Below are positions 1 to 11,276 of a stretch of 64,000 nucleotides of DNA, piece by piece; position 1 is the stretch's first letter, and the number at the start of each line of letters is the position of its first letter. The notes beneath the pieces were generated by a model. It was not told the origin of the DNA. It worked only from the letters and a program-made list of their open reading frames with translations, and ran no database searches. The DNA is from Octopus vulgaris. Taxonomy: Eukaryota. The stretch lies in NCBI GenBank assembly GCA_951406725.2, contig OX597816.1:112902001-112966000 (forward strand). Reading direction: 5' to 3'. The translations under genes were made by a program, and so were the position numbers.

Positions 1-88
1 ACACTTGCCCAAGATGCCAGGTGGAGGTATTGAATGTAGGGACCTTGTGATTGTGAAGCAGATCTCTTAAATATATCAGTCATGCTGT
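1..88 (-). mobile_element. SINE family A, partial head (runs off window start)
   Basis: acacttgcccaagatgcca... is the reverse complement of the family A head seen at 3466-3860. Confidence 0.7.
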
Positions 89-308
89 GTTGCAATATTT
101 TATGGAGGAAACATTCGATCTTTTATCTTGAATATTTACACTTGGTGACTTGTAAGAGAACCCCCATTATATTTTGAAAGTTTTACGACTAGACAATGAT
201 GATTAATAACTAAATGTAATGGGTTGTGACTAAACAATGATGTCTGACAATGATAGTTTTGACTAAAGAATGTAAATCAAAAGTATCAGAAAATTATGTG
301 TGTGTGTA

Positions 309-698
309 AGTGGCTGTATGGTAGGAAGCTTCTGGGTTCAGTCCCACTGCATGACACCTTGAGTAAGTGTCTTTTACTATAGCCTCGGGCTAACCAAAGC
401 CTTGTAAGTGGATTTGGTAGGCAGAAACTGAAAGAAGCCCATTATATGTATATATATATGTATATATATAATAATATGAATATATTTGTGCGTCTGAGTT
501 TGTCCCCACCACCATTACTTGACAACCGATGCTGTTGTGTTTATGTCCCCATAACTTAGCGGTTCAGTAAAAGAGACCAACCAATAGAATAAGTACTAGA
601 CTTACAAAGAATAAGTCCTGGGGTCAGTTTGTTTGACTAAAGGCAGTGTTCCAGCTTGGCTGCAGTCAAATGACTGAAACAAATAAAAGAATAAAAGA
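309..698 (+). mobile_element. tRNA-derived SINE family A, near full length
   Basis: Box A-like tggctgtatgg, box B-like ggttcagtccc, internal (TA)n tract, tail gactgaaacaaataaaagaataaaaga; collinear with 3466-3860. Confidence 0.85.
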
Positions 699-1450
699 AT
701 GTATATATTTACACACACACACATGCATTTTGATTTGTAAACAAAGCTTTATTCTATCAATATATTCATCCTTCCATTAATTGCTTAACACATGCATACA
801 CAAATAAATTCATCTGTCTGACAGACAAATTTTTAATTGCTGGCATTTCTACTACTGTTAATTAATCCTGTAGTTTTGCTGTTAGCATATGAGAACCCAT
901 GAAATGGAAAAATATCTTACTTGGAAAACTGGTATGGGTTGATGAGTGTTGGTGACAAAAAAATGCAACAAGTTGTAGAAAATCTCCCTCAGCAAGTTAA
1001 GTCTAACCCATGCCAGTATAGAAAAATGACATAGAAACAAATGAATTTCAAATTGCTTCAACATCATCCTGTGCTATTGATATTAAAGATCCTTGTTGTC
1101 ACTTTATTAGTTTTTAGTAGTTGGCTTATTTCAATTGATAAATTTGTTAACTAGAAATAACTACATCAAGCAGTTACTGAGTTTCATCGCAAATTTTGTT
1201 AGCAAAATGTTTGGTTAAAGTGTAACTTCTTGTTCTCTTCTTTTCTTTTCACACATTCTCTGTGGGTTTGATGGAATGGGCAGTGTGGCTAATTCCATTA
1301 ATATTCATTCTGAACCTTCACAAGTCAATTGCAGGGAAGGAATTGGGAATTTCTGGACTGGAAAGACTGACCAGAGTTAGTCCCTTATCTTGTTCAGTAT
1401 GATCAGTTGAAATTTTGATTTCATGAAATGTTATAGTATATATTTGGTGG

Positions 1451-1568
1451 TCTTTCTTTCTTTCTTTCTTTCATTTTATTTCTTTCTTTTCTTTTATTTC
1501 TTTCTTTCTTTTCTTTTATTTCTTTCTTTCTTTCTTTTCTTTTATTTCTTTCTTTCTTTTTTTTTTTG
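1451..1568. repeat. (TTTC)n-like low-complexity tract
   Basis: Degenerate TTTC/TTTA repeats; source of the Phe/Leu-rich ORF at 1423. Confidence 0.9.
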
Positions 1569-1694
1569 TAAATTCATTCAGAAAGTATTTTATGATCACT
1601 TTTTATCTGAAGTTTTCCTTATTTCCAGAAATGTCTTTATTATTCATATATAGAAAACACAAGACAAGTGAGTAAATGAGAGAGAGAGAGAATG

Positions 1695-1848
1695 AATTTA
1701 CATAGTCATTCAGCCTACTAGAAACAGAAGTTAATTACCCTTGAAATTTTCACCCCAAATGGATGATTGATCACAGCTGTAATTCCATTGATCCCAGGTC
1801 TGTTTGATCAAAACTGACCAGCAGCTAAACAGCAACAACAACAACAAT
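1695..1848 (+). repeat. Dispersed repeat family G (unclassified, (CAA)n tail)
   Basis: ctactagaaacagaag...ctgaccagcagctaaacagcaacaacaac; related copies near 13438, 23975, 32095, 37150, 37757, 46210, 49018, 50090. Confidence 0.6.
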
Positions 1849-3465
1849 GATGCCTTTGTAAATGCTGACCTTGTTCATTATCAAAATAAACCAGTTTCTC
1901 TAAAATTCACATCCTGTTCCATATATTGATGTTTTAGTGTCAGAACATTTTCACAATTTCTGGATTGTTTCTTCAAACCAGAATGAATGTTAAATTACAT
2001 TATTGCAATGTCTTTCACAAGAGGATCTTGGGAAAATTAATGAAATGGGGAAGAGGATAAAATGTCATGTTTAATAAAACAAAGAGTGTTATGAATTTTC
2101 TAATACTTGGCCAACATCAGTGTGAAGAAAGAAGAATTATATGAGTACAAATATTATTTTGTCTTCTCGTCAATAAAGAGAAAATAGCAAAGATATTTTT
2201 TTTTTTTTTTTTTGATGAGTTGCTGGGATTTCAGTTTTAGAAACACTGCATGCATCTCCTTTATGGCAAGACACCTATCTCTGTCCCTCTATTCATTCTT
2301 TAGTTTCCCATCACCTGGAACAAAGTCACCTTCCTTAATACTACTCTTCCCTCAGTTATGGGGTCTTTTTTTGCAAGTTATTTGTTGCCCTCAGTACTGC
2401 TTCTGCAGGTGCCATGTAAAAAGTGGACAGTGAGCTGGGCTCAGTCCACTAGCTGTCAAACTGTCCAGCTCATGCCAGCATGGAAGGAGTACATTTAAAT
2501 GATGATCATCATTGAATCTTGTGACTAGATGTAATTCTATTAACCATTTTGTAAGCAATGCCTCGGGAGTGAAATTAGTTGATAGAATTTGTGTGGAAGT
2601 TCATTATATGTGTGTGTCTGTCTGTATGTAAGCATATATACATATATGTGTGTGTCTGTTTATATTTCATGAATTAGTGACTTGACAAATATTTTTTTAA
2701 ACCCTGATGCTTATTTTTAAGTACCAGCCTTAAAAATAAGTTCTGGGATCAATATGATTAGTTGAAATCCTTCAAAGCAATGAATGACTGATACAGGCAA
2801 AAGAATAAATGAATGTTTTCTAACAAAAATTTATTGCTTCTCTGTATGTAATTTTCAAGATGATTAAGAACTTTGAAAGGTTTTGTGAGTATCTAAAACT
2901 ACCATTCAACTGAACCAGAGAGAAATGTTTATATATTGAATCCAGTGTTCTCTTTCATATATAAGAACTCAGTCTAAGATTTTAATTTAGAAGGGTTGAT
3001 GTTAAAAGGGCTAACTCACTAAAATGTTTCTGTATATCTATATATGTTACTTATAAGTCTTTTTATCTATTGCCTCCTTTGTCTATTTTCCTATATCCAA
3101 CTTCACCTCACCTGACTTTCATCACCTCCTCAATTCAACTGACCTGGTTCTTGCTGCAAACTTTGAACATCTCTCACTCACAGTTACTTCCTCCCTCATC
3201 GGCCACCTTGCACACTACTCCTATCACCTCCTCCACAATGCACACTCCTCTCACCATTTCCCACAATACACATACTGGCTTTTTCCAACTATACTCAGTC
3301 CATACATAGCCCTTTACGTTTTCTATTTCTTATGTGTAATTTTGAAAACATAATATGAAAGCTTCTGTATTCTCCCTCTTAATCTCCCAAAAGGGTAAGG
3401 GTAAAAAATGCTAGATTTTTCGCTCTTCATATCAAATCAACTCCCTGAAATTATTTTTCTGTCTA

Positions 3466-3860
3466 CAGGAGTGGCTATGTGGTAAGTAGCTTGCTTACCA
3501 ACCACATGGTTCCAGGTTCAGTCCCACTGCGTGGCACCTTGGGCAAGTGTTTTTTACTATAGCCTCAGGCCAACCAAAGGCCTTGTGAGTGGATTTGGTA
3601 GACAGAAACTGAAAGAAGCCCGTCATATATATGTATATATATATATATATATGTATATGTGTGTGTATATGTTTGTGTGACTCTGTTTGTCCCCCCAACA
3701 TCGCTTGACAACCGATGCTGGTGTGTTTACATCCCTGTAACTTAGTGGTTCAGCAGAATAAGTATTAGGCTTACAAAGAATAAGTCCTGGGGTCGATTTA
3801 CTCGACTAAAGGTGGTGCTCCAGCATGGCCGCAGTCATATGACTGAAACAAGTAAAAGAG
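3466..3860 (+). mobile_element. tRNA-derived SINE family A, full length
   Basis: Pol III box A/B-like head (gtggctatgtgg...ggttcagtccc), then gcaccttgggcaagtg (CORE-SINE-like), internal (TA)n/(TG)n, tail gactgaaacaagtaaaagag; many copies in window. Confidence 0.9.
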
Positions 3861-4418
3861 TGAATTATCAACAATTGTTAAATTGGTAGTTAATCCAATT
3901 CCCCCCGTTTTCTTGGGGGACATTAGAACTAATGCAATCTCATAGTGATATTTCTTTTGGAATTTCAGTGTTGAACTCTGAAATGTATGATTTTTATGAT
4001 AAAAAGTTTGCTTAGAAAGAAAGACTTAATTTATATACCACATAACAAGTAGATATGTAGAAATATTCTTACAATATATTCTCTTTATAAATATTCTCTT
4101 CTGTGACAGATATGTCTTTGTAAATATTCTTTTCAAGACAGATGTTTTTGTTTTTTTTTGTAAATATTCTTTCAATAATAAATAGATTTATTTTTGTTGT
4201 TGTTTTCTCCAACTGTTATGAAATTGTATATTATAAATTTAGTTGGAATTCTTGGGGGATCTGTGAGAAGAATGAATGTTTGTCTTACTCTCACACACAC
4301 ACACACACACACATATGCATGCTTGGCTTAATGTTTGTTTTTATGTTGATTTATAATGAAAACAATTTTACATTAAACTGAAAGTTTACTCAATACTTTC
4401 TGTAAAGGACATATATCA

Positions 4419-4553
4419 TTATTCTGTTTCAAGAATAGTGTTGACAGTTACTTCAAAGTTTCAGCCAGATTAGCCCTCATCAGACAGTTCGACAAACGCT
4501 AAGCAGACTGAAACTTCGGAGTTACAGTCAACACAATTCTTGTAAAAGAATAA
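4419..4553 (-). ncRNA. Palindromic mini-element with minimal hammerhead ribozyme motif (Penelope-like)
   Basis: 46-bp inverted arms (39/46 match); minus strand reads ACUGU-CUGAUGA-G-GGCUA-AUC-UGGCU-GAAACU-UUGA-AGU-A-ACUGU. Confidence 0.6.
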
Positions 4554-4657
4554 GTATGAGAAAGAAATAAGCTGAAGAATATTAACTTTTGTGCAACTGG
4601 ATTATACACACACACACACACACATATTTTGTGACGTAGCAGAACTTCCCAGCATAG

Positions 4658-5065
4658 TCTCTTTACTTGTTTCAGTCATTTGACTGTGACCATGCTGGAG
4701 CAACGCCTTTAGTTGAGCAAATTGAACCCAGGACTTATTCTTTGTAAGCCTAGTATTTATTCTATCGGTCTCTTTTGTTGAACCGCTAAGTTACGGGGAT
4801 GTAAACACACCAGCATCGGTTGTCAAGCGATATTGGTGGGGAGACAAACACAGACACACAAACATATACACACACACATATATACATACATCTACCAATT
4901 CGACAGGCTTATTTCAGTTTCTGTCTACCAAATCCACTCACAAGGCTTTGGTCGGCCTGAGGCTATAGTAGAAGACACTTGCCCAAGGTGCCACACAGTG
5001 GGACTGAACCCCGGAACCATGTAGTTCGTAAGCAAGCTACTTGCCACACAGCCACTCCTACACCT
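4658..5065 (-). mobile_element. tRNA-derived SINE family A, full length
   Basis: Reverse complement aligns end to end with 3466-3860. Confidence 0.9.
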
Positions 5066-5439
5066 ATTTAAAAAATGAAAAACATAAAACAACCATGATG
5101 ATGTTGATGATGACGGTAAACTTCTAAATGAGGTAGTGTACTCAATACATTGAGTGAAGTTCATTACTTCATTGAAAAGTGAAAACCAATGATTCACTCC
5201 ATTGCTTTTAATTCTTTACTAGTTTCAGTTATACAGATTGCAATCATGCTGAGTCACCATATTCCGATGCTTTCAGTCAGTACATACGTCACTGGTTTTT
5301 ATTTATTGAATGATTAAGGTAACCTTTTCATGTATAGGAATGCAACTCAAAGCACTGTTATCCATCATGCACAAGCATACATACACAAACACGTGTGTGT
5401 GTGTGTGTGTGTGTGCATGCATATATTTGTCAAGACTGT

Positions 5440-5741
5440 CACTTTGGTGGTTACAACAAGTGTTCCAGCTGATCTGATCAACAGAATAACCTGCTCGTAG
5501 AATTAATGTGCATGAGGCTGAGCAATCCACAGACATGCATAACCGTTAATGTAGCTCTCTGGGAGATTCAGTGTGACATGGTATTTCATGAGGCTGGCCA
5601 TTTTAAAATACAGGTGCTACTCATATTTGCGAGCTGAGTGGACTGGAGCAACATGAAATAAAGTGTCTTGCTCAATGACATAACACATTGCTAGATATTG
5701 AACTCATGACCTCATGATTATGAATACTGTAACCACGTGCT

Positions 5742-5750
<9 letters not shown>
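5440..5750 (-). mobile_element. tRNA-derived SINE family E, diverged
   Basis: Reverse complement matches 32960-33280 and the 3' half of 57405-57795. Confidence 0.7.
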
Positions 5751-5772
<22 letters not shown>

Positions 5773-5943
5773 CACTCATTCATTCATCATCATATTAATG
5801 TCCACTTTTTCAAGTCCATGCTTGCATGGATTGGCTGGAGTTTATTGCAACAGATTTTCTACAGCCAGATGTCCTTCCTGTTGCCAACCCTCACCTGTTT
5901 GCAAGCAAGATAATTCTACCCCTTGCCCAAATATATTCATGAG

Positions 5944-6503
5944 GGTATACAGGGGATCAGATTTAGTCTGCAAGGGAGAAGACTGTGCTGGTATGGTCAT
6001 GTAATGCATATGAATGAAAACAGTTGCATCAAGAAGTGCCAAGCTCTAATCGTGGAGGGAACATGTGGAAAAGGTAGACCCAGGAAGACGTGGGATGAAC
6101 TGGTGAGAAAGGATCTTCAGATATTGGGTCTCACAGAGGGTATAACACGTCAAGCTAATTAAATACGTGGTCGTCCTTGTGTACAGGGATGTCTCCTGCT
6201 TCTGTCTCCAGTTGAGTGTTCCTAATCTTGCAGGCTCGTGGTTGCTGGTGCCATGTAAAAAGCACTCATGCCAGGTGTCACGTGAGAAAAATCTGTGCCC
6301 AGTGCCACATAAAATCACCCATGCTAGTGTTGCATAAAAGCAGCCAGTACACTCTGTAAAGTGGTTGGTGTTAGGAAGGGCATCCGGCTACAGAAACCAT
6401 ACCAAAACAGACATGTAGCCTGGACAACTTTCCAGCTGGCCAGCCCTTGTCAAACTGTCCAACCCATGTCAGCATGGAAAATGCACATTAAAGGATGATG
6501 AAG
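5944..6503 (+). mobile_element. RTE-clade LINE, 5'-truncated (ORF C-terminus plus 3' UTR)
   Basis: Encodes RRLCWYGHVMHMNENSCIKKC...GKGRPRKTWDELVRKDL (RTE WxGHV and RPRKTW motifs); 3' UTR ends ggaagggcatcc...aacccatg...(GAT)n. Confidence 0.85.
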
Positions 6504-6589
6504 AATGTTACAGCTTGTATGATAGTGACACGCATTTTACTGCTGTCATGCAATATGAAGGCAAGGAGACATACATATTCATACACATG

Positions 6590-6950
6590 CCATCTGACTG
6601 ACACCCATGCTGGTGGAACATAAAAAGCACCATTTGAGCTCTGGACCTCATGGAGGCAGTGACAGATGACCAAGACCCTTGGCAATATACCGTGCATGTG
6701 TTGACCAGTCAAGCCAAGTGAGACCATAGTTGTGGCAGATGCCGGTGTCAGGTCAATGGCGCCCATGCCGGTGGCACATAAAAAAACACGCACTACACTC
6801 TGAGTCATTGGCATTAGGAAAGGCATCCAGCTGTGGAAACCTTGCCAATTCAGATTGGAACCTGGTGCAGCCCCACTGGCTTACAAGTTTTCAGTCAAAC
6901 CATCCTGCTCATGCCAGCATGGAAAGCGGACATTAAATGATGATGACGAT
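6590..6950 (+). mobile_element. RTE LINE 3' UTR fragment
   Basis: Repeated tgccggtggcacataaaaa motif and ggaaaggcatccagc...agcatggaaagcggacattaaatgatgatga tail as at 58700-58880. Confidence 0.8.
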
Positions 6951-7004
6951 GAGATATATATACACACACACACAAGCTTCTAGTCATATAAAAAAACCTG
7001 TTTT

Positions 7005-7195
7005 TCTTTGATTATTTTTTTCCTTTCCTTTGGACATTTTCCTCTTTCCTCTTTCTGGCAAAAAGCCATGCTTGAAACTTCACATCTTCACTTTTTTCCA
7101 TCTTAAACTTTCTCTAAGCATCAGTCTAATACATATGCTGAGTACATTTTTTTGACTTTTGTTGCTTTTCCAGTTTTTTTTTTCTTTTTTTTATT
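7005..7195 (+). mobile_element. Degenerate Penelope-like pLTR with decayed hammerhead
   Basis: tttctggcaaaaagccatgcttgaaac resembles the core at 12518-12544 in a similar pyrimidine-rich context. Confidence 0.45.
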
Positions 7196-7450
7196 TGCAT
7201 GTGTATTTGTGTGTGTGTGTGTGTGTATGATGACCTTCTTTAAGTTTTCATTTTCCAAGTCCACTCACCAGCCCAGGGCTACAGTAGAAGACATGCACAA
7301 AGTGCTGCACCGTAGAACTGAACCCAAAACCATGTGGTTGGGAAACAAACTTCTTAGCAAGCAGCCTGCTCTTGTACATATATATGTTGTTGGGTAACAG
7401 TCTGGGGAAGGAGTGCGCAATACAAACATAGAATGCAATAGTTTATTTAA

Positions 7451-7672
7451 CCCTTTTGTTACCATATTTCTGTTGAAATTCTCTGTGTTTCTTTCAATTA
7501 ATTTTAAATATAACAAAAAATTTAGTAAAATAGCTTGGTTATCATTAAGCTAGTGTTAGGAACATAAATTGTGACTAAGGTTTGGTGGAAGATTTTAATT
7601 CAGAACTTATGGAAACTAGACATCTGTACTACAGAGCCAGAGCTGATTTCAGCCAGGTTGGTATCGAAAGGG
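7451..7672. mobile_element. TTAA-flanked MITE (piggyBac-like), 222 bp
   Basis: TTAA at 7447-7450 and 7673-7676; TIRs CCCTTTTGTTACCA / TGGTATCGAAAGGG. Confidence 0.8.
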
Positions 7673-8189
7673 TTAAGCCAGTTCAGTGGCCTGTATTTCT
7701 AGAGTTTCCAATGTGTGCTGGCTCAGTTTGATTTATTTGAAGAAGCAGTAATAGCATAGTATATACATATACATACATGCTTTAGTTTGTGCTGAGTTTT
7801 TATTTGAGAACCTATTCTTTGTGGAAAATAGCGATTTGACGTCTATATCTTGCATGTTGACCGTCCACTTTTAGTGGTCAGTCCTTTAAATTTTATATGT
7901 AAAAATATTTTAATCTTTGGATTTTTTTAATATGCTGGGCCACTGGTTTTAATTGATTAATATCAATTTATACCCTTATTAAATTTTATACATACATATA
8001 TATTTATTTATATATGTGTGTGTGTGTACACACATGAGTGTATGTATGTAAGTGTTGACATTCTATGACTTTGCTTGTCACCGTTTAAGTGAAACAGTGA
8101 TAGATTGTTTACAATCCTTGTCTTTATTATTACTGGTCACTCAGTACATATAAAAACCAATGAAATAGAGGGAAAAAATATCCCTTACT

Positions 8190-8610
8190 TGCATTTCTTC
8201 TGAATCTTTATGTTCTGAGTTCAAATTCCATCAAAGCGAACTTTACCTTTCATACTTTCAGGGTCAATGGAACAAGCACCATTTGAACACTGGGGTGGAT
8301 GTAATCAACTTACCCCACTTAACTAAAAATTGCTGGCCATCATCATCATCATCATCATCTTCTTTATCATCAACAAGGCAGTGAGGTGGCAGAATTGTTA
8401 TCATGCCTAGCAAAAGGCTTTGTGGCATTTTGTCCGTCCTTACATTCTAAGTTCAAATTCCGCCGAGGTCAACTTTGCTTTCATCCTTTCAGGATCGACA
8501 AAATAAGTACCAGCTGAGTACTAGAGTTGATGTAATCGCCTAGTCCCCCTCCCCCAAAATTTTAGGCCTTGTGCCTATAGTAGAAAGGATTGTTATTATT
8601 ATTATTATTA
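8190..8610 (+). mobile_element. SINE family B, two head-to-tail units
   Basis: aaggcagtgaggtggcagaa...gttcaaattccgccgaggtcaactttgctttcatcctttc...aagtaccag...gtgcctatagtagaaagg(att)n. Confidence 0.85.
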
Positions 8611-9135
8611 GCTGTTATACGCTACATGAAGTTAGCAGGGATGTTGTCAAGAGACCTAGTGACAGCAAATTTCCTCAGATCTTTCTTACGATTCTTGCAG
8701 AAAATTTGATTGCACATATTCAAAGTCAACAAGGCATATCTCACTTCCAATAACCTCCAGCCTTTTAGATAGGAACTTGGCTTCCATGCCATGGGTGCCA
8801 ATAACACAGAAACAATCGTCTTCCACAACGTCTTCATTTCTCTGGCTAGATTCTGATATCACTCAATTTTGCTCAAATTCTTTGGTAGCTACTGTATTAT
8901 CATATAATATTGCATAATCTATAATCATACTCTATTTTTTTTTTTTTTGTCCCCTATGATCAAATCTCATCTCCTTGCTTCAGTAGCATGGTCAGTCTTC
9001 ATGAAAAAAATCCCATAAAATCTTGTAATTATTATTTGCCATCACAGCAACAGGTTCATGTTTATACCACTTTTCTGTCACTTTGGATCAACTCTCTTGG
9101 CTAACATTCCAGTGCACTCTTTTACTGTATGCTGG
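8611..9135 (-). mobile_element. R4/Dong-like (restriction-like endonuclease) non-LTR retrotransposon, decayed 3' end
   Basis: Minus-strand translation across stops and frameshifts: RVHWNV...EKWYKHEPVAVMANNNYKILWDF/TDHATEARR*DLIIGDK/IIDYAI...KEFE/YQNLAREMKTLWK; ends in (TAA)n at 8593-8610. Confidence 0.8.
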
Positions 9136-9214
9136 CTTATTGCATTTACTTAAGAGATGGTTATCATCATCATTGTCATTGTCATCATTATCATCTTCAT
9201 CATTATTATTATAA

Positions 9215-10086
9215 TATTCTGCTGAAGTTGACTCTGCCTTTCATCCTTCATCAATAAAATTGATTGATTCATCCAGAATCAATAAAATAAGTATCAATCA
9301 AACACCGAGATCAATATAATCAACTGTTCCCCTCCTGCCAAATTCCAGGCCTTGTGCCTATAGCAAAAAGGATTATTATTGTTGTTGTTGTTGTTAGCAC
9401 ATCAGACAAAATGCTTGGGTAGCATTCTTTCCAATATTTTACATTCTGAGTTCAAATACCACTGAGGTCAACTTTGCTTGTCATCCTTTAAAAGGGGAGG
9501 GGGCACCATAAAATGAAGTACCAGTCAAGTACAGGCTGAGTTCAATGCAATTGACTAAGCCATCCTCCCTTTAAAATTACTGGCTTTTGCTTCAAAATTT
9601 GAAACATTATTATTATTGTTGTTAGGGCGGCAAGCTGGCAGAATTGGTAGCACACTGAGCAAACTGCTTAGCGGTGCTTTGTCTGCCACTGTGTTCTGAA
9701 TTCAAATTCTGCCGAGGTTGGCTTTGCTTTTCATCCTTTCAGGGCCGATAAATTAAGGACCAGTTGTGTACTGGAATCGATCTAATTGACTAGCCCCCCT
9801 CCTCCAAAATTTCGGGCCTTGTGCCATTATTATTATTTTAAGGTGGCAAACCGGCAGAATTGGTGGAATGCTGGAGGAAATGCTTAGCGGTATTTCACCC
9901 ATCACAACATTCTGAGTTCAAATTCCACTGAGGCTAACTTGGCCTTGCCTCCTTTCAGGGTTAATAAATTAAGTACCAGTGGAACACTGGGATCAATGTA
10001 ACTGACTCATCCCCTCCCTCTAAATGGCAACCCTTGTGGAAAAATTTGAAACCATGATTATGATTATTATTATTATTATTATTATT
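9215..10086 (+). mobile_element. Array of ~4 head-to-tail SINE family B units separated by (TTA)n/(TTG)n
   Basis: Repeated ttctgagttcaaat...gaggtcaactttgc...catccttt...taccag core. Confidence 0.85.
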
Positions 10087-10632
10087 GAATGAGAGAGCAG
10101 TGCATGCCATCAAAGTGACACTGGGGTAAAATATACGAAGCCCAGTATACCCATCATGACTACCTGTTTGATAAGGGTAGACCAGGCAAATGCATCACAA
10201 TCATATGTGTGCAATATGGTGATCTCATATCAAGATAAACAGTGCATGACCTTGCAGGTGGGTCCCAGTTAGAATTTTCTTCTGGTCAAGTAGCCCATCC
10301 TGCTCAAAAGGTCCCTGAATAAGGATTGTTTAAGGATGTTGAACGAACCACCCATGTTTCCAGAGGTGAATTATCCAAACCTCTAAGAATTCCTTTCAAC
10401 ACATGGCTATGATGCTCCCCCACTACTTATGCTCGTGATCAGAGATGCACATATCATCAGCCACTAAGGGACATGCTCAACTGGTTACGGTCAAACAACT
10501 GACAAGCAAATCTGTAGTAGTGAGCAGAATGTTTGCTGTAGCCCATCTTTTATACCAAGACAAAACAATGTACATGATAACACTTCCAATCAGTTAAGCC
10601 ATGAGAGCCACTGCCTGGTACTGCATCAGAGC

Positions 10633-10635
<3 letters not shown>
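10087..10635 (-). mobile_element. ~550-bp unclassified non-autonomous element (family D) within a (TTA)n tract
   Basis: Collinear with 42374-42930 with the same two ends; (TTA)n on both sides; strand is a guess. Confidence 0.8.
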
Positions 10636-10666
<31 letters not shown>

Positions 10667-11025
10667 TATAGATAATGGATAAAACTAATGCACAAGAGTC
10701 ATGACTTCAGCAACAGATTTAAAGTGCATGTTCAGATTTATACCTAAGAATGATTGACAAGCAATGTACTAATATGTTGGGTATATTCAAATAATGACCT
10801 GCTATAATTACTCATTGATTGTGAAGAAAATATCCACCAGACTAATATGGATATGTGTTAGTTGTGAAACTGACAGGAATTGAAAATGTTACTGACATAT
10901 GCATATTATATTTCTATCCAAAATGCAAATTATGTAATGTGTGTGTTGTCACTGTATTATATTGTGTTGCACTATCTAGTGCTGTATGGTACAGTATTGT
11001 GGAATGAGGGGTGCATAGTATATAG

Positions 11026-11156
11026 AGGCATGACTGTGTGGGTTCAGTCCCACTGCATGGAACCTTGGGCAGGTGTCTTCTACTAGAGCTTGCTTTGGGT
11101 TGACCAAAGCCTTGTGAGTTGATTTGGCAGACAGAAACTGAAAGAAGTCCATGGTA
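11026..11156 (+). mobile_element. SINE family A head fragment followed by a long (TA)/(CA) tract
   Basis: ggttcagtcccactgcatggaaccttgggcagg...gaaactgaaagaag. Confidence 0.75.
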
Positions 11157-11197
11157 TGTGTATATACATACATATATATATATATATACACACACAT

Positions 11198-11250
<53 letters not shown>

Positions 11251-11276
11251 TAAATACATATATACATACATATGTA

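Noticed and set aside
1271-1298. miR-34-like sequence ggcagtgtggcta in a small hairpin
   Set aside because: Match stops after about 10 nt and there is no pre-miRNA-length stem
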